A stretch of 64,000 nucleotides of DNA from Octopus vulgaris (Eukaryota), in the NCBI GenBank assembly GCA_951406725.2, contig OX597824.1, positions 77,252,001-77,316,000 of the forward strand, given 5' to 3'. Positions 26,554 through 37,983 of the stretch are shown piece after piece (position 1 is the stretch's first letter; every line of letters starts with the position of its first letter). The notes under the pieces are model-generated. The model saw nothing but the letters and a program-made list of their open reading frames with translations, was not told the DNA's origin and did no database searches. The position numbers and the translations under genes were made by a program.

Positions 26554-26865
26554 TGTGGAGGTGCAATGGCCCAGTGGTTAGGGCCCTGGACTCGTGGTCG
26601 TAGGGTCGTGGTTTCGATTCCAAGACCGGGCATTGTGAGTGTTTATTGAGCAAAAATACCTAAAAGTTCCAAGAGGTTCCGACAGGGGGTGGTGGCAATC
26701 CCTGCTGTACTCTTTTACCACATCTTTCTCTCACTCTTTCTTCTGTCGGCCTGCTCGCTTAGTCAGCGGGGTGGCGTCATTCGAAGGTTAAAACAATGTG
26801 AAGCACATTGTGACCAGCGATGTGTAGCAACATCTGATAGCCTGGTCGGTCACCGTGATCACATG
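26554..26865 (+). mobile_element. SINE-B' (B head, RTE-derived tail)
   Basis: Head gtggaggtgcaatggcccagtggttaggg..gtttcgattcc; 10-bp TSD ATATCATATC (26544-53, 26866-75). Confidence 0.88.
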
Positions 26866-27588
26866 ATATCATATCGATATCTATTAATAGATAATCTCTC
26901 TCTCTCTTCCTCTCTTTCTATTTTTATATATATATTGTGGGCTCTCCTGTCATAGAATGACGGATGAGGTTTCCACAATTACTTGAATAACATGAACAGA
27001 TAATTTATTTATAGTGATCAAATATTTTTGTTGCACATTTGCTCACTCCTTCCATCAAATTGATATTTCCTGTACAGGTGCATGGTGAGCCACATATCAC
27101 ATATCAAAGTGATCACAGAGCAACTGGAAATGAAGTGTTTTGCTACTGACAGAGACCAAAACCACAACCATTCAATTCTGAGGGCAACATCCTCACCACT
27201 ACATCACACACACACACACATTAAATACACAACTGTTCAAGTTTATCCTCTTTTATTTGAGATTTTTCCTATTTTCATATTAGCCTTTTTCGCTGCTAGT
27301 TTGACACAATAAGGTTTCAAAATTCATATTCAACATTTCCAGAACTTCACAAACACATTTTCAGACATAGCCATATAAAAATACAAAATATCATATTTTC
27401 ATATGGATGTGTCTGTATTAACATTATTGTTATTTATATTAATTTAGGACAATAACTATTTTTATAACTGTATATATTTTTATATAATGTATTAATTTTA
27501 ATAGTACACTGTATCTTTCCTGTTTGATTATTTAATATTTTCATTATGATTTCAATATGATATATATAAATTTTTTTTGTATGTTCTT

Positions 27589-27664
27589 CCCTGATGATAT
27601 TGATTTAATTAAATTGAATTTGATTGATTTTATACTATAAGCAAAGAATTGAAACAATTGTAGG
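27589..27664 (+). ncRNA. Hammerhead-like motif (canonical core, weak stems)
   Basis: CC-CTGATGA...GAA-ACAATTGT-A-GG followed by AATAAA. Confidence 0.5.
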
Positions 27665-27782
27665 TCTTGTCAATGTATTAATAAATTTTTATTAATCATA
27701 TCTCCATCTCTTCTCTTGGTTTTTATATGTGTGTATGTCTATATATATATATATATGTATGTATGTATATGTATATGTATAT

Positions 27783-28243
27783 GGATTTGAGAAATCTGGA
27801 GTTGCACATGACAAAGTAAGGAAGGATGTCAGGAAGGGCATTGCTGTTACACTTCCAGATGGGAAGGGTCTTCCTATGATGCTGACATGCAGTGCCTGTG
27901 CAAGACCCTGCCTCAGTAAAGCTGGACTCAAGAGTCATCTTCGTAGTCATGAAGCGAGACAGATGAGTGACAACCTGGCCACTGGTGGTGGTGTAACACA
28001 CCATACTAATCATATCTGTCGGGCATGTGGAAGAGAGTGTAATTTGGCAGGAGGACTTAAACGACATGCAAAGGTACATGAAGCCCAGTTACAACTACAG
28101 CCGGCTATTACCGGTAAAGATTTTAGTTGCCAATTCTGTACAGGACATTGTAGATCTTTAGCTGGGCTAAAAAGTCACATTCGATCACAGCACCAGTAAC
28201 AATTAAGCTTCGTGCAATGACCATACGAGGGGGCAGCCATAAT
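27783..28243 (+). mobile_element. RTE-clade LINE 3' end encoding three C2H2-type fingers
   Basis: FEKSGVAHDKVRKDVRK then CSAC..CLSKAGLKSHLRSH, CRAC..GGLKRHAKVH, CQFC..CRSLAGLKSHIRSQH*; short 3'UTR ending acgagggggcagccat; 5' end lost in TA repeat. Confidence 0.75.
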
Positions 28244-28244
28244 T

Positions 28245-28479
28245 ATTTCTTTATTACCCACAAGGGGCTAAACACAGAAGGGACAAACAAGGACAGATAT
28301 CGACCCCAGTGCGTAACTGGTACTTAATTTATCGACCCCGAAAGGATGAAAGGCAAAGTCGACCTCGGCGGAATTTCTTTACTACCCACAAGGGACTAAA
28401 CACAAAGGGGACAAACAAGGACAGACAAACGGATTAAGTCGATTACATCGACCCCAGCACGTAACTGGTACTTATTTAT
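28245..28479 (-). mobile_element. Two tandem partial SINE-C 3' ends
   Basis: atttcttt.(t/c)tacccacaaggg.ctaaacaca.a.gggacaaacaaggacaga occurs twice. Confidence 0.85.
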
Positions 28480-29166
28480 GAATACAGGCTGTATATTATT
28501 GGGGATGTCATTAATATTGTGCATTACAAACATATATACATTGTGTGTATATATTCAATATAAGGTTGTTATGCCTTATGATACTGAATGGACTTTAGCT
28601 ATTTGATAATGAAAGATTGATGAAATGGCACAGAAAATACTGTCTCCAATGCAATCAATCATAAATCTCAATGAGTAATGATCTAGTTATGACTGCTGTC
28701 CAAAGACTGCAGCCGGTCACAGAACTAAAATAGAATCAGAATATAGATATGTGTACAGATTTCGGGGTTGCACCGAGAAAGGTTGAAGTCCAAAACCTAA
28801 AAGCAGTAAATTTACAGCATAATCGTTAGTTCATCCATTTAGCAATATACTATATAAATCATTCACTTTGACCTTCATAGATAAGTCAACTCATACAGTC
28901 AAGTAATGATATTCATTAGCCTACACAGTGTGTTAATTATACTGATTTAATTAACTTAGTGCTTATCCTGTTTATTAGTGTGTCAAACTGTCACACACAC
29001 ACACACATACACACATAAAAAACACACATATATGTATATATAATATATATAGAAACATATATATATATGTATCTATATATATATATATATATATATATAA
29101 ATATATAAATATATATAATTGTATATATATATATATATATAAATATATATATATATAAATATATAA

Positions 29167-29294
29167 CCACGGAGTGGTTGGCATCCAGCTGTAGAAACAC
29201 TGCCAGATCAGACTGGGCCTGGTGCAGCCTTCTGGCTTCCCAGACCCCAGTTGAACCGTCCAACCCATACTAGCATGGAAAGCGGACGTTAAAC

Positions 29295-29356
<62 letters not shown>
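29167..29356 (+). mobile_element. SINE-D 3' part with (GAT)n tail
   Basis: ggagtggttggcatccagctgtagaaac...gcggacgttaaacgatgatg. Confidence 0.88.
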
Positions 29357-29357
<1 letters not shown>

Positions 29358-29832
29358 ATATACACACACACATATATATCTTAATATTTATAATAATGAG
29401 TATTGAGACTTGTACATCCACAAAATTTATTTTAGAGTTATATAAGAGTTATATACATCATATTATGATAATCTGCACATGTTTCCACTGCAGTGACGTG
29501 TGTGTGTGTATGTGTGTGTGTGTGTGTTGTGTGGTGGTGGAATGGTACACCAGAAAGAGCTATAAGAATCTAAAAGACTACCATAGAAAACCTAGACAAA
29601 AAGTAAGTGAGGAACAACATCAGGTAGCAGGAAAATAAGCTAGCCATCAGGTATACTTAAAAATGAAGGAGATAAATTGAAAGTAAGGGAGTTGCCGTTG
29701 TTTTGTGATGAATAGATTACAAACATGAGGTGTTCCAGAGTGCACTGGTAAAAACCAAGATATCATTGTTGAAAATTGTATATGAGAAGAGACAGCAACA
29801 TACTTATTCTCACTGATGCTAAAAAGAGAGCA

Positions 29833-29994
29833 GCGTAGGAGTGGCTGTGTGGTAAGTAGCTTGCTAACCAACCACATGGTTCCGGGTTCAGTCCCACTGC
29901 GTGGCATCTTGGGCAAGTGTCTTCTGCGCTATAGCCCTGGGCCGACCAATGCCTTGATAGTGGATTTGGTAGACGGAAACTGAAAAAGCCTGTC

Positions 29995-30046
<52 letters not shown>

Positions 30047-30263
30047 TTGTGTGTCTGTGTTTGTCCCCCTAGCATTGCTTGACAACCGATGCTGGTGTGT
30101 TTACGTCCCCGTTACTTAGCGGTTCGGCAAAAGAGACCGATAGAATAAGTACTGGGCTTACAAAGAATAAGTCCCGGGGTCGATTTGTTCGACTGAAAGA
30201 CGGTGCTCCAGCATGGCCGCAGTCAAACGACTGAAACAAGTAAAAGAGTAAGAGTAAAAGAGT
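29833..30263 (+). mobile_element. SINE-A full length, young
   Basis: CpG-rich; A/B boxes; (GTAAAAGA)-type tail. Confidence 0.93.
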
Positions 30264-30535
30264 AGTAGGCTGCAGGAAGAGGAGATTGAGTGTGAGAGAG
30301 AAGAGCTATCTTAATGAAGAACCGATCAGTAGGATCAGCTATTAAAGTTCACAGCTATATATTTCAAAGTTTAATTAATGCTATAAATGCAAAGAAAAGC
30401 AGCATGGCCCATTAAGGACAGTTGTTGAGATGCTGAAAATATATGGGAAGCTGGATGCATGCTAATCAATCATATAGCCAACGGGGGAATAGTAGTATGG
30501 GAAGCTGTCGTTCTTGTTCACTAGCAGAACACTAC

Positions 30536-31040
30536 CATCATCATCATCACTGTCGTTGTCATCATTGTTGTTGTCGTCATCATCGTCATCGTCATCATCA
30601 TCATCATCATCATCATCAATATCATCATCGTCATCATCATCATCATCATCATCATCAATATCATCGTCGTCGTCATCATCGTCATCATCATCATCATCGT
30701 CGTCATCGTCATCATCATCGTCATCATCATCATCATCGTCGTCATCGTCATCATCATCATCATTATCATCATTTAGTATCTGTTTTCCATGCTGACGTAA
30801 GTTGGACAGCTTGACAAGAACTGGCAAGGCCAGGGGTCACACCTTGTTCCATAGTAAGTTTTGGCATAGTTTCTATTGCTGGATGCCCTTCCCAATGCCA
30901 ACCACTTTGGAGAGTGTACTAGGCACTTTTAATGTTACACCAGCACCAATGCTTTTTATGTGGCACCAACTACAATGATTTTGGTGTGGTGTCAGCACCA
31001 ATGCTTTTAATGTGGCACCAGCATTAATGCTTTTTATGTG
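30536..31040 (-). mobile_element. Old SINE-D with expanded (CAT/CGT)n tail (30536-30771)
   Basis: catttagtatctgttttccatgctg...gctggatgcccttcccaatgccaaccac plus short internal repeats. Confidence 0.75.
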
Positions 31041-31060
31041 GTTAGGGTTAGGGTTAGGGT
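31040..31060 (+). repeat. Short interstitial (TTAGGG)3
   Basis: ggttagggttagggttagggt. Confidence 0.7.
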
Positions 31061-31392
31061 AGCAAGCACCAGAAGTATCAAATTAATGGAGCAACTTATG
31101 GAAGTCAAAGAAACATAGCTCAGCTACTTATGAAGAGAATTAACCGAGATAAGCATATGTTCTGGTTGGTGCCATAACCAGCCATCACCCACACTCACTT
31201 AGTAGACAACTACAGGACTACAAAAGTTGTTTGCTAAGAGTGAACCATTATACCCATCATTCATTGACCTGGAGCAGGCCTTTCACAGGTTATCACATTT
31301 TGTAGTTTGATGGTTGCTAAGAAAACTACGTGCGTATGAATGGTTTGTGAGGATCATGCAAGGCAAGTGCAGAAATGCTATCAGCAACATGA
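31061..31392 (+). pseudogene. Decayed RTE reverse-transcriptase fragment
   Basis: Recognisable pieces RSIKLMEQLMEV, LSRQLQD, EPLYPSFIDLEQAFHRL..FVV*WLLRKLRAYEWFVRIMQ (cf. FIDLEKAFDRV...WWALRK); stops and frameshifts. Confidence 0.8.
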
Positions 31393-31738
31393 ATGCTAGC
31401 AATGCGGAAGTAATTATGCATACATTCATGCATTCATATATGTAAATATAGTATATAGTTAGACATGTATCTATAAACATACACATATACATATGTGTGT
31501 GTACATACATATATATATATATATACGTACGCACAGAAACACACACATGCACATAGTGAGTTTGTTGACTGGCTTAGCTAATTTATTATCACTTCTGATA
31601 GATATGAACTTACCAAGACTTCACTCTCTTTGGCAACTATTATCATGTTTGTTGATTTCATATCAGCATGGGTTACCGAATCAAGCCAAAAAGTCACGTA
31701 AGTTTGAAATATTGACTCACTGACTGATTGAGTGACTA

Positions 31739-31831
<93 letters not shown>

Positions 31832-31835
31832 TTCA

Positions 31836-32028
31836 AACTTTTGCCATGAGGGCAGCTTGTGAGAGGTGGAGATGAGTCAATTACATTGACCCCAGTGTTC
31901 AACTGGTACTTATATTTTTGACCCTGAAAGGATGAAAGGCAGAGTCGAGCTCAGTGGAATTTGAACTCCGAACATAGTGACAGACAAAATAAGCATTTCG
32001 CCTAGCATATTAACGATTCTGCCAGCTT
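31836..32028 (-). mobile_element. SINE-F/C-like copy beside (TAA)/(TAC) repeats
   Basis: attacattgaccccagtg..actggtactta..gaccctgaaaggatgaaaggcagagtcga. Confidence 0.8.
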
Positions 32029-32448
32029 AATAATAATACGAATAATAATAATAATAATGATAATAATACTGCTACTGCATTAATGTATATGTATTTGTAT
32101 GTATATATGTGTGTATGTATGTATGCATGTATGTATATATGCAACTATGTATGTGCATATGTATGTATAGAAATAGTATGTAATATTTATTTTGTTGCTG
32201 TCAATTATTGACACGTACATGCAAACACACACATACACACATGTATATATGCCCATATATAACAAATATAGACATGTATGTGTATATGATTAAGTGTGAA
32301 TGTACGTGCATGTTTGTGTATATGTGTACAGATGAGTGCAACAAAAAATTCCAAAAAACAAATCTGTTGCACTTTTCCAGTTCACCTAGTTCATCCAGTT
32401 TGCTATTGCACCAAAAACCTGTTCAACAACATGCTCCACCTCCACCTC

Positions 32449-32866
32449 ATCACCATCGGTTATCATCCATTTTCCATGCTGGGTTGGGTTGGATGGTTCA
32501 ACAGGAGCTGACAAGTTGGAAGACTGCACCAAGCTCTGCTGTCCACTTTGGTATGGTTTCTGTGAATGGATGCCCTTTCCTAACACCAACTATTTTACAG
32601 AGTGTACTGGGTGCTTCGGTGGCACATAAAAAGCACCAACCGATTGTAGCCGCTGCCAGCCTCCCCTGGCACTTGTGCCGGTGGCACGTAAAAACCACCC
32701 ACTACATTCACAGAGTGGTTGGCATTAGGAAGGGCATCCAGCTGTAGAAACACTGCCAGATCAGACTGAAGCCTGGTGAAGCCTCCTGGCTTCCCAGACC
32801 CCGGTCGAACCATCCAACCCATGCTAGCATGGAAAACGGACCTTAAACGATGATGATGATGATGAT
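32449..32866. mobile_element. Head-to-head pair of SINE-D copies (old, minus, 32449-32617; young, plus, 32618-32866)
   Basis: Both halves carry the core and 3' end in opposite orientation. Confidence 0.82.
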
Positions 32867-32984
32867 AGCAGCAATGAGGCCACCAAGTAAATTGCAAGAT
32901 GAGACTCCTTGACTGAGGGGTGAGTAGCATTGAGGGACAGAAATAGGTAAAAGGTAAATAGAAAAGTAAAAGTTACTTTCTTGA

Positions 32985-33217
32985 GTAATGCTGACTCATA
33001 AGGGCCAGTTTCCTGGTTTCTATGGTGTAATACTTCCCCACCTGGATGGGCCACCAGTCCATCATAGGATTACTCATATTTGCTATCTGAGTAGAGTGGA
33101 GCAATGCAAAGTGAAGTGTTTTTCTCAAGTCCACAATGCATCACTTGGTCCAGGAATAGAAACTATAATTTTATAATCATGAGTCCAACAGCCTGACCAT
33201 TAAGCCATGGTCCTCCA
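32985..33217 (-). mobile_element. SINE-E with V-domain-like segment
   Basis: ctggatgggccaccagtccatc (minus strand GATGGACTGG..CCCATCCAG); homologous to 47080-47306. Confidence 0.72.
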
Positions 33218-33569
33218 CACAGAAATAAATGTCTGGTAGTAGAGGAGAAGCATGGCTACCTTAGGTGCATAGAATGTGGGGGGAGAGAAGGGAGAGGAGG
33301 AGATGAATAAGGATGTATAAATATGATGGGGGTGTACATCCAACTGACAGGGCGGTTTATATAATGAAGTGGGCTCTGCAGCTACTCTACAGCAAGACAC
33401 CTATTCCTGCCCCTCTACACTTTTAATCTGTCATCAACTGTCATAAAGGCACCCTTCCTCAATATTACTCTTCAGTCCTAGCAGAGGAGTTTTTGTGACC
33501 CTATCAATGCTGGTGTCACATGAAAAGAACTAAAGCTGGAGGGTGCCATATAAAAAGATCTACTACTAG

Positions 33570-33770
33570 TGCCATATAAAAATCACTGGTGCTGGCACCA
33601 CATAAAAAGCATGCAGTACACTCTGTAAAGTGATTGGCATTCGGAAAGACATCCAACCAATAGAAACTGTACCAAAACAGACAATGGAGATTGGTGTGCA
33701 GGTCCTGGCCTTACTAGGTTCTTTCCTGTTAAACTCTGCAACCCATGTCAGCATGGAAAACAGATGTTAA

Positions 33771-33811
<41 letters not shown>
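33570..33811 (+). mobile_element. Old SINE-D with (GAT)n tail
   Basis: gattggcattcggaaagacatcca...aacccatgtcagcatggaaaacagatgttaaatgatg. Confidence 0.75.
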
Positions 33812-33899
33812 ATATGTGTATGTATGCAAATGTTCATACATATGTACAGCTCTATAGTTGCATGCAGATACACTTACAAACACGGACAAGTACAAACGT

Positions 33900-33937
<38 letters not shown>

Positions 33938-34522
33938 ATACACACACATACAGACACACATATTCAGAAATCAAAAACGTTGCTTTGACAACGTTAAAAA
34001 TTATTTGCCAAATATGTAACTAACCTTAAAAAAACAAGCTGTCGTTTGAATTTACTGATGATATCAAAGATTATGTTCTACCACCCTTGAGAATGTGTCC
34101 GATATCTTCACATCCAGGCTAATTTATTCTTAAAATTTGAAGAAATCTTATAAAGTTGTTTCAACTACGATTTCCATTCATTTATTATTGTTTGTATACT
34201 TTTTGTTAGTTTTTAGTTTATATTTTTGTATTCTGTATTTTGTACTATTTAGATATAATTTCAGTTTGACTGACAGCTGATGTTTGTGGAATTTCATGTG
34301 AAAATCATACACAAATGAAACTGAGGAAATATTTCATGTATGTAAGACCTGCTAAGATGGGAGCACTTATAAAACTGTTACATGTTCATGCATATATGCA
34401 TTTACATACATATATACATACATAAAAACAGAGGCACAGGCGTGGATAAGCTTGTTTCCCCACCACATGGTTCTGGGTTCAGTCCTGCTATATGGTATCT
34501 TGGGCATATATATATATATATG

Positions 34523-34553
<31 letters not shown>

Positions 34554-34554
34554 G

Positions 34555-34706
34555 CTAGCAAAACTGTCCGATGAACGGCAACGGGAAACTCAGAGTAACA
34601 GGTTTTGTTGAATTTTCTGCTGCTTTAAATAAAGCATATTACTCTACCACTGGTATTTGAGTACTCTTTTTTCCACCTTGTTTCACATTTATGTGTTTAC
34701 TCCGAT
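34555..34706 (+). mobile_element. Short hammerhead-bearing element, family Z
   Basis: (TA)n on both sides; CTGT-CCGATGA-ACG GCAA CGG-GAA-ACTCAGAGT-A-ACAG (34564-34601), then AATAAA; homologous to 50076-50225. Confidence 0.72.
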
Positions 34707-34867
34707 ATATATATATATATATATAGATAGATTATTTTATCTTATTTATTAGGGAATAAATATTTCGGCATCACAGGGATTCAAATAACATGAATTATCC
34801 TCAATAAGGAAATATATGTTATTTAGAGATAGCAGTCCCATGCAAAATATACGTCACACCATATAAA

Positions 34868-35031
34868 AGTGGTTGGTGTTAGGAAGGGCATCCAGCTGTA
34901 GAAACTTTGCCTAATCAGATTGGAGCCTGGTGCAGCCATCTGGCTCACCAATCCTCAGTCAAACCGTCCAACCCATGCCAGCATGGAAAGTGGACGTTAA
35001 ACGGTGATGATGATGATGATGATGATGATGA
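34868..35031 (+). mobile_element. SINE-D 3' part
   Basis: agtggttggtgttaggaagggcatccagctgtagaaac...gacgttaaacggtgatgatg. Confidence 0.88.
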
Positions 35032-35786
35032 TATATATATTTATATATAATTTGTTTTGAACTATAGAACTTGAAGCAGATAATGTTATGAATAATAATC
35101 AGTAAATAATTTTAGGTTAAAAACTTTTTGGACAGGAATATCAAAGATTGCACAATATATGCTTATCGTAATAGCTCTGAAGAAGCTAGAGAGAGTTGCA
35201 CTATTACTCAACACTGAGCAGACTGCTTCTTATAGCAAAAACAGCTGTAAGCTGATGAAGGTGTTTATAATTAATCCTGTTTTTTTGCCATTCGTTAATT
35301 GATGTTATATTCTATACTCTCTTTCGTGGAAGGGTAATTTCATTGATTTATAACAACTGGCTAATAATATCACTATATCTAAGTGAAATCATAAAAAAAT
35401 ATACCTGCGTAATAGGTGTATGTTCACACACAGATGTATAATAGAGGCACATGGATATAGAAACATACACAAATGCACTAAGATATATGGACTTGGAAAA
35501 AACACATGCACTAAAACATGCACACCCATATACACACACATATATATTCTTTTATTCTTTGACTGGATTCAGTTATTGGACTGTTGTAATGCTTAAGTGG
35601 CCTCATCAAAGGTTTTAGTTGATCATATCGACACCAATACTTATTTTCAGTCTGGCATTTATCTTATTGATCTCCATGTATTGAAAGAATGAATATAGTG
35701 TGCTCTTTGACTGAATCATTGGTTTTGTACCAGAGCACATAAGGAGCAGACATGCATACATGCACTTAAGTATGCGTGTACATATG

Positions 35787-35831
<45 letters not shown>

Positions 35832-36021
35832 TATATATATATGTATGTATGTATGTATATATGTATATATATGTATATGTATCTATATATATGTGTATAT
35901 ATGTATATGCATATATATATATGCATGTGTGTGTGTATATATATAAATATATATATATGAAGAGGGAGTGGAGAAATAGATAGATAGACAGAAAATGGAT
36001 TGAATGACATTCTTTATTTAA

Positions 36022-36147
36022 AACCACTACAATTGTTTCGAGCACAGTGGTAATTCAAAGTTTGAAAGAGAGAGAATGAAGAACAAGAAGATCTTTGGCC
36101 CAGGCTCAAGAATCATACAAGGGCCTCTCCTTGCATCATCAGTGACT
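36022..36147 (-). ncRNA. Hammerhead-like motif with very long stem II region
   Basis: Minus strand CTGATGA...(about 95 nt)...GAA-ACAATTGT-A, then AATAAA. Confidence 0.45.
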
Positions 36148-36239
36148 CATTTCAATGATTCTTTCACTACGGCTTTGCTCGTATACAAGAAAACAGCTCG
36201 TATACAAGAAAATATAACCACATGTGAATCATTGGTAAT

Positions 36240-36406
36240 TTTCTTTCTCCAACTTCCTTTCTATTGGACTTTCCTCAGTTTCTGAAGAAGAGCATTCCTC
36301 GAAACGTTAAACCATCTTTCTTTCCTTCCCTGCATGTCAGCTAATACTTTACATGTACCACATCCTCACGCTGTTGTTTTTTGTGTTTGTTGTTCTTCTT
36401 TTTGGG

Positions 36407-36412
<6 letters not shown>
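36240..36412 (+). mobile_element. Short hammerhead-bearing element, family Y (second copy)
   Basis: GTTT-CTGAAGA-AGAGCATTCCTC-GAA-ACGT-T-AAAC (36278-36312); ends in (TA)n. Confidence 0.68.
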
Positions 36413-36451
<39 letters not shown>

Positions 36452-36522
36452 TTTACATGTACAAATATATATATATGTATGTACATTTACATGTACAAAT
36501 ATATATATATATATGAATATAT

Positions 36523-36665
36523 ATGCGGGCAGTGGCATCGAACTCCCTTGTTGATCAAGTGCCACGTATCAGAGGTGGTTTCACATACTAGTGTAGCTCA
36601 TTCAGCGGTGATGCCCCAGCATGGCCGCAGCCTTCGGGCTGAAACATTTTTAAGGATTTAAGGAT
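36523..36665 (+). mobile_element. 3' tip of a second CR1-clade LINE family
   Basis: [13 protein letters not shown] parallels MRAAASNSLMHQM of the adjacent LINE; 3' motif tgccccagcatggccgcagccttcgggctgaaac; (TTTAAGGA)2 tail. Confidence 0.78.
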
Positions 36666-36680
36666 CTATATATTTATATA

Positions 36681-37742
36681 TGATTGATTAATTGATTCTA
36701 GTTTCAGCTTATGAGCTGTGGCCATGCTGGGGCACCGCCATTTGGTGTTGCTACTTGGTTTCACTTCACGAAAGCTTTCTAGCAACTGCCATTTGGTGCA
36801 TGAGAGAGTTTGATGCAGCTGCCCTCATCTGCTCCTCCTGCCGTGAAGTTGGTTCATCTGGGACACCTGACAGGAAGAGATCTAGCTTCATTTTAAAGAC
36901 ATCTGCATCCACCCATGCAGGTCTCTCAGGTTCTTCAGGAGGATATTGAAGAGCTGTGGGCCTCGGAAGCCCAGGCTATCACAGAATCTTGTCCTACATC
37001 TTGATGGCAAGTTTGGAGTCCTAGGCACCACGCAGTGGCGCCCAGTTCTGGCATTTGCGTAACTCTCGATGCCAAAGTTCAGGACACGTCCTCCAGGATC
37101 TTCCAGATGTATATTATGGCATACCTTTCCCGCCTACGCTCCAGGGAATATAGTTTTAATCTCTTGAGTCTTTCCCAGTAGCTTACATTCTGCATAGAGG
37201 CTATCTTCTTCGTGTAGCTACGTTGGATCGCCTCGAGCTCTGTGATCAACTTGACACTGGATGGTGACCATAACTGAGAGCAGTAGTCAAAGTGGCTTAG
37301 GACAAGTGTACTCCAGAGGACCATCATGGTTTCTTGTTCTCTTGTTCTAAAGGTTCTAAGGATCCATCCGGCCAGTCGTCTACATTTCATTGCCAATTTA
37401 GCAACATGTACACGAAAGGTCGCGTCATCACTCATGTAAATACCTAGGTCACGCACTGATTGTGCCTCTGGGATTGCTATTCCTCCGGGTCCAGTGTATT
37501 CATTGGGTATTGCATTTAGTTTTGCATGCTGATAGTATAGAGCTTGAAACTTTTCAGCATTGAACTGCATGCTATTCTTTTCGGCCCACTTGTATATTTT
37601 GTCTAGCTCACATTGCAGGTGTTTAGTGTCCTCAGGGTTCTGTATTGCCTGTGAAACTTTTGTATCATCTGCATAACTTGTGATCGTGGCTCTTGCGTGG
37701 CTGAGGGCATGTCTGAGAGGGCCATTATGAATAGTAGTGGTC

Positions 37743-37745
<3 letters not shown>
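36681..37745 (-). mobile_element. CR1-clade LINE, 5'-truncated, frameshifted RT and C-terminus
   Basis: GPLLF...SYADDTK...LQCELDKIYKWAEKNSMQFNAEKF...VRDLGI...DYCSQLWSP...LEAIQR...SYWERLKRLKLYSLERRRER; 3'UTR hairpin and (TCAA)n tail. Confidence 0.93.
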
Positions 37746-37780
<35 letters not shown>

Positions 37781-37786
<6 letters not shown>

Positions 37787-37931
37787 CCGTCACTCAGTGG
37801 TTCGGCAAAACAGACCGATAGAATAAGTACTGGGTTTACAAAGAATAAGTCCCGGGGTCGATTTGCTCGACTAAAGGCGGTGCTCCAGCATGGCCGCAGT
37901 CAAATGACTGAAACAAGTAAAAGAGTAAAGA

Positions 37932-37933
<2 letters not shown>
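37781..37933 (+). mobile_element. SINE-A 3' half
   Basis: gtccccgtcactcagtggttcggcaaaa...ggcggtgctccagcatggccgcagtcaaatgactgaaac. Confidence 0.88.

Positions 37934-37983
<50 letters not shown>

Noticed and set aside
27729-28199. Host C2H2 zinc-finger gene
   Set aside because: The ORF start lies in a TA microsatellite, linkers are not TGEKP, and an RTE-like context and tail are present
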